A stretch of 64,000 nt of DNA from Eledone cirrhosa (Eukaryota): the NCBI GenBank assembly GCA_964016885.1, contig OZ024740.1, forward strand, positions 117,242,001-117,306,000, given 5' to 3'. This document shows, in pieces, positions 11,826 through 23,227 of the stretch; the first letter of the stretch is position 1, and every line of letters starts with the position of its first letter. The notes below the pieces were generated by a model. It saw only the letters and a list, made by a program, of their open reading frames with translations. It was not told the DNA's origin and ran no database searches. Position numbers and translations under genes: made by a program.

Positions 11826-13365
11826 ATCGTCGTTATGATTCAGAGAACTAATATAAATAGAAAAAAACTAGAAAACCGAGCTCCACTCAATACCTACATG
11901 CTAAATTTCTCTCTGGACTTGTTGGCAATATCTTTATGCGGGATTTGGACAGTTCTCTCAATAAGCCACCAGAGTACAGAGTACAATACTCTTGACAAAT
12001 GTCTTCTCCAGGTCTCCGAATGTTAAATGCAGTGAGTTACCTGAGACATTAGAGATTTCCTGTAAATTATCACATCTAATCTAACTTTCAAATGAATTAT
12101 TTGGGCTACAACTATTTTTGCTTTCATAAATTAGTTTAATAGTTTGATGCGTCTGTAAAAAAAACTTATTTCTAGAATATTTCCTTGGCATTGTAGCAGT
12201 TGATGAGGATACTGCTACGCTAGTAATTGAGAACAACACTTTTTTTTGCTGCCTGATTAAAAGTGCGAATGACTAGCGCGTTCTACTTGGCTGGATATTT
12301 TCAACATCCCTGCGACTTGATGGCCAAATTATGTTCATTCCACATGTCCTTTATATCGATTTTAACGGTACTGTTGTCGATAATAGCTGGTCCTACTTGG
12401 GTTTACTACTGGTAGTCTCATCCTCTCAAAACTTCTCACAGTTCAACGTAGATGTAGCTTGATGCCATCACTGTGTCAGTGAAGGAGAGTGAATCACTAT
12501 CATTACGTACACGTATTTTACCAACGAAGTCTTGCTTCATAGTGAAACACTGCCATGCAATCCAGAACACCTTTCTATATTGATCTTCACGTCATAAGGC
12601 AGGTAAGTGGTTTGACGATACTTTCATCTCTCACCCCATCAGGGTTGGAGATCCTAAAAAGAGTCATAGGCACTGCCGTTTCTCTTTCGTTCTAGGGTGA
12701 TGTCCTCTACAGAGGCCAAATAATCACCCGATCAGTTTTCAATATGTAATTTAGGTAAATTAATATTCTTTCCTGAATAGCTAAAAATGCTTATAGGAAT
12801 TTCGAAAAAGCTGAACATCAAATGGGGAAGCATTCTTGGAGTGAGTGCTTCCTCTCATTTGACTGTTTCTTAATTTCTTCAGCTAAAACTAAATCCTTAC
12901 CAAACTGTATTGTTCAATATAAATATTTAAGTGACATATTTTATATAGCACGCGGCAGCGTGAGAGTTGTTTTTAAGACCTGATATATAGGAATTAAAAA
13001 AAGAAAGAAACAATTTTAATTTCTTTGTTAAATCTTTTATTTTATATTGAGAAAATAGGTAAAATGTTTGTAAAAATAAGTAAAAGTTTAAAAAATCCCA
13101 TCCATGGCTCTTGAAAATTGCCAAAGTATTTCCCTACCATAACTCATTTGGTACATATACCAAACTTGAGTAACTGCAGCCTTTAACTTACGCACACTCA
13201 TACACATTTAGTCAGCCATAAATCTCTACATACAAGTATGTATATATGCACATTCAGTTCTTTTGGGAAATCTTTTGCATTTTTCATTGCTTGGAAGGAT
13301 GCTTTTCATTTTATCTCGATAAACTTTGGTTAAAAGTCTTTGATATTTTTTTTTCAATAAAATTA

Positions 13366-13491
13366 TTAACTTGTCGATGTAATCGAAGGCGCCATTATTG
13401 GTTTTATCTGACCATCAACTTTGTCTTTTACTAGTTTTGTTCCTTTCACTCTTTTCCATTTCATCCGACGATTTTGAAACCACACTTTGAC
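13366..13491 (-). CDS. Mox: Mox/Meox homeobox gene, terminal coding exon (helix 3 and C-terminus)
   Basis: Not in the ORF track. Reverse complement reads ttttttcag|GTC AAA GTG TGG TTT CAA AAT CGT CGG ATG AAA TGG AAA AGA GTG AAA GGA..., giving VKVWFQNRRMKWKRVKGTKLVKDKVDGQIKPIMAPSITSTS* (TAA at 13366-13368). It continues the upstream exon in frame (TERQ|VKVWFQNRR) at the usual homeobox intron position. Confidence 0.95.
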   Translation of the reverse strand, partial: VKVWFQNRRMKWKRVKGTKLVKDKVDGQIKPIMAPSITSTS

Positions 13492-13937
13492 CTGAAAAAA
13501 AAATAGAAAAAAAGAAATTCAGAAATCTTGGTTCATCATTTTTTGTCTCAAAGAAGAAATACTATGTAGTAAAGAGTCCTTAATCCTCGGCATCTTGGAA
13601 TTATGAAGAGAAAATGCCTAAAAACCGATTTGTGTACACAAATGTTTAGAGTATCTTTACTTGTGGACAGATCGTTGTGTTAATATGAAGCCTTAGTGTA
13701 ACGACTTAAAATTGTAATGCAATGCAGATGTAGTATCGTTATATACTTTCAAGAATGGTTTGCTAATAGGTTCTGATCATAAAGTCCATTGAGGTTATAT
13801 TTGAAACATATATGATATAATATATATAAAGAGAGAAATTGCTGTGTGGCTAAGAAGTTCGTTTTGCAAACATGTGGTTCTGTCCGACTGACTAATTCCT
13901 TGTAATTAGAATTAGATAGACGAAACCTGCAGAATAT

Positions 13938-16900
13938 ATCATCATCATCATCATCATCATCATCATTTTACGTCCGCTTTTCCCTGCTTGCAAGGGTGGG
14001 ACGGGTCTTATTCAGCACAGCATCTCTCCACTCGTCACGGTCCCTCGTCATCTCCACCGTGAGCTTCAATGATCTGAGGTCTGTTCTCACCACCTCCGCC
14101 CATGTTTTTCGTGGTCTACCTCTACCACGTCTTCCTTCAACTGGCATTTCCTGGCACTTCTTCACCCATCGGTCATCCTCCATGCGCATCACATGTCCAT
14201 ACCACCTCAGTCTCCTCTCCCGTACACTACATTCTATCCCTCTCAGACACAGTTTCTCTCTCAACACATTTATGCTGGGTCGTTCACGCACATTTACACT
14301 GCACATCCAACGGAGCATGCTTGCCTCATTTCTCTCCAGCCGTCGCATATCTTCTGCGGTAGCTGCCCATGTCTCACTACCATGCAGCATCGCGCTCCTC
14401 ACACAGGCATCATACAACCGGCCTTTCGTACGCAGGGAGAAACCCTTCCTCGTCAACAGAGGAAGCAGCTCCCTAAACTTCTTCCAACCCGTCCTTATTC
14501 TAGATACTATGGCCTCGGAACACCCTCCTCCCATGCTAATCTGATCTCCTAGGTACCGGAAGCTATCCACCACTTCTATAGCGCCCTCTCGCATTTGAAA
14601 AATGTGTCTATCAGTGCGACTTCTACTGTCTAACTTCCCTGTACATCTACTGCATACATATTTCTCCCGACCTGTTAGTTTGCCTGCTATCCCGCTACAT
14701 CTCTTGTGTACCCAGGACCTACATTGTGTGCATTTTATAGAATTTATGCCAGTTCCTTTTCTGCATATCGAACATGGCCATTTCCCTGACGGAATCAGGG
14801 TTTTGCCCTCTTTTCTACTCATCAACACTTTTGTCTTAGCTAGATTTACTCTCAGTCCTCTTGCTTCCAACTGCTGTTTCCATAGCCGGAATTTATTCTC
14901 TAGCTCCTCTACTGATTCTGCCATAAGAGCCAGATCGTCAGCATAGAGAAGTTCCCATGGACAGCCAGTCTTAAACTCCTCTGTTATGGCTTGGAGGACT
15001 ATAATGAACAAGAGCGGGCTGAGGACCGAACCCTGATGTACTCCTACTTGTATCTGGAATTCCTCACTAAACTCCATTCCTACCCTGACTTTACTGAGAG
15101 TACCTCTGTACAAAGTTTGCACTGTCCTTACAAGCCATTCCTCAACACCCAGCTTCCTTAGGGACCACCAGATGACAGATCGGGGTACCCTATCAAAGGC
15201 CTTCTCTAGGTCAACAAAGGCTAAGTATAGTGGCTTATTCTTCTCTAAGAACCTCTCTTGCATTTGTCTCACCAAGAAGAGGGCATCTGTTGTACTCTTC
15301 CCAGGCACAAAACCAAACTGCATCTCATCTAGTTTGACCCTTTCTCTAATTAGTTGTGCTAAAATCCTTTCTGCCACTTTCATAACCTGATCTATCAGTT
15401 TTATACCCCTATAATTGCTCCTCTCCAAAGCATCCCCTTTACCTTTGTAGCAATTTATGAGAATACTGCTGCACCAGTCTTTGGGTATGACACCACCATA
15501 TATAGCCTGATTGATTATGCGTGCAACCAGTTTAGTGCCTACGTCCCCTGATGCCTTCAGCATCTCAGCAACTATTCCCGATGGTCCGGCCGCCTTACCA
15601 TTTTTCATTTCCCTAATCGCCTCTTGGACCCTATATTCGTCAATCTCAATAGCTGGTCCCTCTGTCGGATCTACCAAGGGTAATTTCTCTCTCTCCCATT
15701 CGTTCTCCACATTCATCAGTCTCTCATAATGACATTTCCAGGCCTCCTTTTTCTGGTCATTCGTGACACTAAGTACACCGGCATCATCCCGGACACATTT
15801 ATCACCAACAACATCCTGATTTGCATTGACACACTGCCTTGCAATGTGGAACACCGCACGCCTCTGATCTTCCCGTCGCAGAACATTGGCAAACCTCCTA
15901 CTCTCTGCCTCCCTGCGTGCTAAGTACACCTGACGTCTAGCTTCTCTCTTAGTGGCTGTATATTCTTCCCTACTCCCACCCTTATTCCAAGCCTTCCATG
16001 CTAGTCTTTTGTCTCTAATAGCCTTATCTACACTGCTGTTCCACCACCAGGTCACTCTCTGTCTGGTTGGAGCTCTGCTCCAGCCACAGGTTTCATCAGT
16101 AGCCTTCAGCAAGTTGTCACGTAAGAACTTCCAGTTATTATCTATGTCATACGTCTCTAAATCGTCTTCTTTTTCGTCATATACATCTTGAAGGGCTTTC
16201 CTAAATTTGAATTTTAATGAAAGGTCTTTTAGCTTCCAGACCTTTCTTCTCCACACCTTCCTATATGTCTCATTCCATCTCTTGCTTACTGAGATATCAC
16301 TAACAACTAACCTATGCTGTGGGGTACATTCTTCCCCAGGGTATGCCTTGGTATTAGACACTATCTGCCTGTCCCGCTGCCTAACTAGCAGGAAGTCAAT
16401 CTGGCTTATGTGCTCACCAGATTTGTAGGTTATTAGGTGATTGGCAGGTTTCTGGAAGTTTGTGTTGCAAATAGTCAATGTACTTGCATCACAAAATTCA
16501 AGAAGTCTCACTCCTTCTTCATTTCTTGAACCGTAACCGTGCCCACCATGTACCCCAGTGTAACCATCCTGGAGCTGTCCAACATGACCATTGAAGTCTC
16601 CTGCTAGCATAACGATGTCTCCGTCCTCTGTCATTGTGGTTGTTTGCAAAAGTTGCTCATAAAAGCAGTCTTTCTCATCTTTGCCTAGGCCTGCTTGGGG
16701 AGCATAGACCGAGATGATTGTCAGTAGTCTCCTACCTACAACTAATCTAAGCTTAATTATTCGATTACTAACTCGAACTACCTCTATTGTCTTATTGATC
16801 CATTTCTCAGCCAGGAAAATGCCTACTCCCCCTAACCCATCATCCTTACCTACCCAGAATAGCTTATAGCTAAGACGCTTGCCTACGACTAGTCTCGCAG

Positions 16901-17230
16901 AGGCACCCCTCCATCTCACCTCTTGCACGCAGCACACATCCACCTGCCTTCTCTCCAGCATCTCCGCTATTTCAGCAGACCTACCTCTGAGAGTGCCAAC
17001 ATTAAGTGTTGCAACTCTGAGATGCGACGTCTTCATATTTTTCTATGCTGTTTTGTTGCTGTGCTGATAAGCTTTTTGGCATTGATACACTGGTTGGATG
17101 CCCTTCCTAACACCAGCGCCACTTTACAGCATGGACTGGGTGCTTTTATTTGTGCCACCAGCACTAGAGAGGATGTCTTACTAGACTCAAGGGCCCTCTC
17201 TACCCCTCCATTTTACAGCATGGTCATTAG
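13938..17230 (-). mobile_element. RTE-clade LINE, apparently full-length, with (TGA)n tail
   Basis: Single long ORF; (TCA)n on the + strand at 13938-13965 directly after the stop codon; about 200-nt 5' UTR (boundary approximate). No TSD recognised. Confidence 0.9.
13968..17036 (-). CDS. LINE ORF: AP endonuclease, reverse transcriptase and PHD-like Cys/His finger (1022 aa, uninterrupted)
   Basis: APE motifs TLNVGTL, VQEVRW, SVYAP, GDFNGH, QIDFLL. RT motifs NYRGIKL, QFGF, FVDLEKAFD, GVHQGSVLSP, YADD. C4HC3 pattern in CSIC...CTQCRSWVHKRC...CSRC. RTE-type C-terminus RRLRWYGHVMRM...RGRGRPRKTW. Confidence 0.95.
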   Translation of the reverse strand: MKTSHLRVATLNVGTLRGRSAEIAEMLERRQVDVCCVQEVRWRGASARLVVGKRLSYKLFWVGKDDGLGGVGIFLAEKWINKTIEVVRVSNRIIKLRLVVGRRLLTIISVYAPQAGLGKDEKDCFYEQLLQTTTMTEDGDIVMLAGDFNGHVGQLQDGYTGVHGGHGYGSRNEEGVRLLEFCDASTLTICNTNFQKPANHLITYKSGEHISQIDFLLVRQRDRQIVSNTKAYPGEECTPQHRLVVSDISVSKRWNETYRKVWRRKVWKLKDLSLKFKFRKALQDVYDEKEDDLETYDIDNNWKFLRDNLLKATDETCGWSRAPTRQRVTWWWNSSVDKAIRDKRLAWKAWNKGGSREEYTATKREARRQVYLARREAESRRFANVLRREDQRRAVFHIARQCVNANQDVVGDKCVRDDAGVLSVTNDQKKEAWKCHYERLMNVENEWEREKLPLVDPTEGPAIEIDEYRVQEAIREMKNGKAAGPSGIVAEMLKASGDVGTKLVARIINQAIYGGVIPKDWCSSILINCYKGKGDALERSNYRGIKLIDQVMKVAERILAQLIRERVKLDEMQFGFVPGKSTTDALFLVRQMQERFLEKNKPLYLAFVDLEKAFDRVPRSVIWWSLRKLGVEEWLVRTVQTLYRGTLSKVRVGMEFSEEFQIQVGVHQGSVLSPLLFIIVLQAITEEFKTGCPWELLYADDLALMAESVEELENKFRLWKQQLEARGLRVNLAKTKVLMSRKEGKTLIPSGKWPCSICRKGTGINSIKCTQCRSWVHKRCSGIAGKLTGREKYVCSRCTGKLDSRSRTDRHIFQMREGAIEVVDSFRYLGDQISMGGGCSEAIVSRIRTGWKKFRELLPLLTRKGFSLRTKGRLYDACVRSAMLHGSETWAATAEDMRRLERNEASMLRWMCSVNVRERPSINVLREKLCLRGIECSVRERRLRWYGHVMRMEDDRWVKKCQEMPVEGRRGRGRPRKTWAEVVRTDLRSLKLTVEMTRDRDEWRDAVLNKTRPTLASREKRT

Positions 17231-17505
17231 AAAAAAAAAAACTTATTGACACGACTCACACACTAATACTCATGCATACAAACCACAACCACACATACCA
17301 ACACTCATTCATGCATACAATCACGCACACCACTCACAAACATATATATATATATACATATGTTACCGACAGTACTGATACAAAATCAAAATCAAAGTCA
17401 AAATCGTCAAAATCACTATCATGTCAACTGTTGACCTTTCCCAGTCCAGTTCGGCTTGTATATAATAACAATAACAATAATAATTGTTTCTTTACGCTGG
17501 TAATG

Positions 17506-17605
17506 GCGGTGGTGGATGGTGTCAGTGTGGTGGTGGTGGATGGTGTCAGTGTGGTGGTGGTGGATGGTATCAGCGTGGTGGTGGTGGATGGTCAGTGATG
17601 GTGGT
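17506..17605. repeat. 21-bp minisatellite (GGTGGTGGATGGTGTCAGTGT) x~4, followed by (GTT/GCT)n low-complexity sequence
   Basis: Direct reading. Confidence 0.85.
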
Positions 17606-18144
17606 GGCAGTTGTTGGTGCTGTAGTTGTTATTGTAGTTGTTACTGTTGTTGTTGTCCTTCATTTCACTGCTGCTGTTGCTGCAGACAATGGTGTTGATG
17701 CTGTTATTGCTGTCGCATATATACAAATACATACACACACATTCAACACAGACGATGGTGTTGTTGCTGTTGTTGTTGTTGTTGGTGTTGCTGCTGTTGT
17801 TGTTGTAGTTGTTGCTGTGTTGAAATCTGGTCGCATCCACTGAGATATACATATACACACACATACACATATGTATATACACATACATACATCAAAGGAG
17901 AGTCAGCAGTAAGTCAACAGGGGACAGGACAGCGACCTTAGAGTAATGTGGTGATGGTGGGGAGCGAGTGTAGGCGTTATTGTTATTGTGGTGACGGGGG
18001 GGTCAGTGAGATGTTACAAGTTCATAGATCACTTCTCTCTTTTCCTCTCTCTTCAAAATTTTGAATTTATGGCCTTTTGCAATGGCGGACAAGTATATAT
18101 AATATATATATATGAAGCAAAGAAAAGAAAATTTTCACTGATAT

Positions 18145-18453
18145 GAAAGATTTCCTGGTAGAAGTTCAGGTGTATTCAGTAATTGGTATCCAGTTTCGGG
18201 GTATCCAATTAGAAAATCCAACGAATCTTTAAGAGGGGTCCACGCAACCATTGATATATATATCTATATATGTAAAATGCAAGCAGAAATGACAACGAAA
18301 GATTTCCTGGTAGAAGTTCAGGTGTATTCAGTATTGGTATCCAGTGTTAGGGTATCCAATTAGAAAATCCAACGAATTTTTGAGAGGGGTCCACGCAAGC
18401 ATATATATAGATATATATATGTATATATGCAAAATGCAAGCAGAAATAACAAC
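18145..18453. repeat. Tandem duplication, ~152-bp unit x2
   Basis: gaaagatttcctggtagaagttcaggtgtattcagta at 18145 and 18297. Confidence 0.9.
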
Positions 18454-18533
18454 ACATATACTAATGAACATACATTAAACACAGAGGGACTGTAAATGAT
18501 AATAGCAATATCTAGATATAAATATATAAATGT

Positions 18534-18567
<34 letters not shown>

Positions 18568-18574
18568 AAAGGGG

Positions 18575-18923
18575 CGACTGTATGACACCTGTGTGTGAAG
18601 TGTGATGCTGCATGGCAGTGAAATGTGAGAGAACTGAGGGAAAAACTGGGTTTAAGAGAGAAGACTGCGTTTGTGTAGTCATGCCATGCACATAGATGAT
18701 TATCAGTGGGTGAAGAAGTACCAGGAAATCCCACCAGATGGAAGCCACAGTAGAGGTAAATCAAATACGACCAGGGGTGGTGAGAGCTGTTCTCAAATCG
18801 TTGAGATTCACAGAGGAGATGACAAAGGAAAGCAGTGAGTGTAGAGATGCTCTGCTGAAAAGGACCCATCCAACCCATACAAGCGTCGAAAGGTGGACGT
18901 AAAACCATGATGGTGATGATGAT
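18575..18923 (+). mobile_element. Degenerate 3' fragment of the same RTE family as 13938-17230, opposite orientation
   Basis: atgctgcatggcagtgaa (MLHGSE), tgggtgaagaagtaccaggaaat and gagatgacaaagg match the intact copy; ends ggacgtaaaaccatgatggtgatgatga. Confidence 0.85.
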
Positions 18924-18939
18924 ACGCGCGCGCGCACAT

Positions 18940-19007
<68 letters not shown>

Positions 19008-19027
19008 ATGTGTGTGTGTGTGTGTGT

Positions 19028-19063
<36 letters not shown>

Positions 19064-19439
19064 CTGTTCCGTAACGTAGCGGCTTAACAGATATAGGTCA
19101 ATAAGATAAATACTGTCGTCGATATAATCGACTAAAACAAGGTGGTATCACATTATGGCCGCTGTCTAATGAAAAGGCAAGACGTTTTAAAATATACACC
19201 CGACATTTAAAAATGTCAATAAATTCAAAAGTAAAAGTGTTTCTATATATGTAAATACACAATAGATGATTGTATATGAAGACAATATAAGAAACCTGGG
19301 TGCACAAACGCATTTATTTCCACTAACACACCCTAGTAGCTTCTCTCATCCTCACCGTACACCCACATATATCATGTTTTAGTAGCTATTCTTACAATAA
19401 CAATACATCCCACCTCTAATCTATCCAGGATCATCCCCT

Positions 19440-20040
19440 TCCTCTAAAATCATGATACATTATTCAATACCCCCTAAGCTATCTGAGGACATCTCATCTC
19501 CCTCCACTCATCACCATATCAAATTCCACAGTGCAATCCCATTTACCCATGACATCAGACTTATTCTACCGACGGGTAGAGCGGGCTCTTTAGATGAGTC
19601 AATGACCGACAACTTCATTAGTGGTGCCACAATAAATGCACCCAACACATCCTGTAATGGCGTTAGTGAGAGGAAGGGCACCCCGATGCAGAACTCATAC
19701 AAATAAAAGGGTTCAGAGGACTCTTTAGTTACATCACTGTAATGCAGCTGATCTATGCGATAAACTCTCCCATTACGTTCTGTAAAGTGGTGCGTGAGTG
19801 AAAGGGCAAACAGCTATAGAACACCTGCAAAATAGATCTTCGGAAGGACTCTTCAATTGTATCAAATACATGAAACTTCCTTAGTGCTGGTGCCACGATA
19901 AAAATCACTGAATAGAGCGTGGGAACGTATGTAAGCAAGATGCAAGATGCCGACCAATCTGAGAGGTCAATAGCTCCACTTGAGTATTAGTCGATCTGTG
20001 ACGACCCGTCCAACTCTTGCTAGCAAAGTAAACAAACGTT
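19440..20040 (-). mobile_element. Decayed CR1/L2-like LINE 3' fragment
   Basis: Remnant peptides LTYVPTLYSVIFIVAP and WVNGIALWNLI resemble CR1-group C-terminal motifs (YVRP.LEY...W.P; LWN.LP). Confidence 0.4.
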
Positions 20041-20062
20041 AAATGAAGTGGGGAATAGTGTG

Positions 20063-20166
<104 letters not shown>

Positions 20167-21018
20167 AAATGTTCATTGCTTCGTATGCTGAAACATCAAT
20201 TTATCATTTGGCATTTTGAAGGATTTACATGCTCCTATATGTAAAACACGGCTTTACTTAAATCTGTCTTCATTGATCTCTATCCAAACTAAGAAATAGT
20301 AATTATTAAATGATAAACATTACTGTAGTTTTCACAGTGAGATACATTCAAAATTTAGTTAGAAAACTACCATTTTAGGAGAACCAACGATGCTGAAAGA
20401 ATTTATGGTCTACAATATTGCAACTGAACGTTGTTAAGAACAAAAAGAACTTTAATTGAAAATCCGGACCCAGATTTCTTTATGCGTAAAACACCTGAAG
20501 TGCATTCTCGGAGACTCTTGACGCCTTAATGGTTGTTGATTTTAGAATAATTAAGACGATGCTGAGAAATAAGATATGGTGTTCTGTAACCGTCTGTTGA
20601 TTTGGTTCCAGAAGTAGATATATTTGAAAATCATTAGGAAACCATAAACCTTAAACAGCCTCAAAACAAAATTCTTTAACCCAGTCTCGCGTGTTTTATT
20701 TTCTTTACCTTTTTGTTTGTTTGTTTGAGCGATGGAATTGAAGTAAAAGTTTTTCACTAAAAATATGCTCTACATTATATAAACTGTCAATATTCATGAT
20801 GTTTAGAATTTCAACATTTATAGATCTATTTATCAATGGATTAAAAAAAGTGCAATGTTTGGGTAGTTTTCTTAAAGGCTTGCTGTCTGTAAGCCCCACT
20901 CGAAGAGTGACAGTGCAACTAGGAAAACAATTTACAAGTTTTTTCTCTGTTGGTCTCGTTGGATAACAAATTAGACCCCAACTTCCTTCAAATTATACTC
21001 TGCAGTATTAAATAAATG

Positions 21019-21240
<222 letters not shown>

Positions 21241-21475
21241 GGGGGGGGGTTATGTCACGTAATTTATCGGTTAGACGAAAATAGGTGAATTGAATAAGAT
21301 CAGACTTAAGATAAGTAAGTACTGTTGTCGATGCGATCAACTACATCCGTTTAAGGTGGTGTTCCAACATGGTTGCAATCTAATGACTGAAATTATTGAA
21401 AATAATCAATAGTGTGGCCTTTATTATATTAATTGCTATCAAAACTTTTTCTATCGTTATTTAATAAAATACTCT

Positions 21476-21695
21476 ACGACAGTAGATTGGCAGAATAGTT
21501 AGAGCGCCAGGGAAAATGCTTTGTGCTATTTAGTTATGCCTTCTTACATTCTAGGCCCAAATTCCGCTGAGATCAACTTTACTTTTCAGCCTTACGGAGG
21601 TCGATAAAATAAGGTACGGGTCATGTACCCAGTCGAGTTAATCGACTTATCTCCCACTGCAGATTACTGGTCTTGTGACTAAATTAGAAACCATT
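21476..21695 (+). mobile_element. SINE, same family, diverged, in the Mox homeobox intron
   Basis: gattggcagaatagttagagcgcc head; aactttacttttcagccttacggaggtcgataaaataaggtac core; ttagaaaccattat tail. Confidence 0.78.
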
Positions 21696-23051
21696 ATATA
21701 TTTGTGTTTCTTTACATTTTGTGGTTGACATTGCCTTTCAAATAAGCACCAGGCAAATACTGACATCAATATACTCGACTGTTCTATATATCTTTTCTTA
21801 TCTGAAAGAATGGGTGTCATCTAAAGAATTTAAAATTACGTGTGTTGGGTGTGTAGTTATCCGATTCGAACTCATACTCTGATTTATAAAGTTCATGCTA
21901 TTGTAGCTTTGATTTATAGTGTCCTTTCTGTTGATTATCAGTTTAGTTCTGATACTTATGTGTCATGGTGTAGCCCTGGATCAGCCTTCATCTGACATAC
22001 CGTTTATCAATAGTGTTTCATACATAAACAGCTCATAGTTCTTTAGATTTATATTTCCATTTGTAAGATGGTAAGTTAGAATTAAGGCATAGTTGAAACA
22101 TTTGGGATATGTTATTTGGACGTTTGTTTTTGAAATTGTCGGTTTTCCTACATTTTTGTATATTTTTCTGAAGCCTCTTATGACACAAGATTGAATGAAA
22201 TTAAGGTTTAAAAGTAAATCCATTTTTGTCTAGCATGTTAAGTGACCAGGAAGAGATTTCATCGTTGTATTGCCATTCTTATCCTTTTTTCTTTTCAGGT
22301 AGTGATGTCGTTATGTAAAATTGAAAGACACCATACAATGTTTTTAATGAAAAATTGGCTGATTCGATTTGCCCAAAGCATTAATGTGTAACACACATAC
22401 AGCCACCCATCAATTACTGATTCCTAAATTACAATGATTTTTTTTTTTCAGTTTAACCTAGAGTACTTTATATGTTTATGAATTCTTTAACAAGAGTACA
22501 AGATCCAGCTTTTATTTGAATTTATTGCTGTTAAAAAAATATTTTGTTAGAAAAAATGACGTATATCATCATCCTTTAATGTTCGCTTTTCCTGCTAGTC
22601 TGTACTGACGCTGAGTTCCTAAACTCCCAAAGAGGCTGTGGGGTTTGCATGGGACGTGGGTAAGGCGTGCACTGATGGTGAGGTTAGCTGTGGCCATACT
22701 TATGGCTGAGTCTTCATCGTCACAGCATAGCGCCAGGCCTTTCTATCCTTTGCTATCTTAGTTGGGAGATTTAGTGTCTTCGTTTATTTTTTAATACCCT
22801 TGTGACGTAATAAGCGTAATAAATTAATTGGTGACCAGAAAGGGATTCGGCGATAAAAATTGCCTCAAGTGCCCAGTTCAACCTGTACCATAAAAACATC
22901 GACTGTGGTGGTAGTGTTGACGATGAGGTGGAGGCCGAGTAGAAGGAAGAGAAGGATGAAAATGAAGAGAATGATGATGAGGAATTATGAATGATCTTCA
23001 AAATTAGTTTTTAATTATGTGTGTATGCATGGGCAGAAAAATTCTTCTTAC

Positions 23052-23227
23052 CTGTCTTTCTGTTAGACTCAAAGACACTGCTATTTCGTAGCGTCTTAAT
23101 CTGGTCAAATAATTTTGTCGTGAGAATTCGTTTTCTAATTCGCGTATTTGATTTTTTGTAAAAGCTGTCCTCTCTTTCCTAGGTTTCACATTGAAATTTA
23201 ATTTGAATGAATCTGATGCTGCGTCGT
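23052..23227 (-). CDS. Mox: Mox/Meox homeobox gene, internal coding exon (homeodomain helices 1-2 and start of helix 3)
   Basis: Translates to (x)[58 protein letters not shown], which carries the diagnostic Mox/Meox homeodomain sequence ([18 protein letters not shown]...[13 protein letters not shown]). Polypyrimidine tract plus CAG acceptor at 23228-23250; GTAAG donor at 23047-23051. 176 nt, phase 1 in, phase 0 out. Confidence 0.95.

Noticed and set aside
13996-16428. Plus-strand ORFs overlapping the RTE ORF (also 53360-53797 and 3477-3914)
   Set aside because: Antisense shadows of retroelement coding sequence.
17506-18453. CRISPR-like or coding interpretation of the short tandem repeats
   Set aside because: No unique spacers, eukaryotic context; simple minisatellite and tandem duplication.
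23004-23051. ORF-track extension [15 protein letters not shown] after TERQ
   Set aside because: Read-through into the intron; the true continuation VKVWFQNRR is at 13491.
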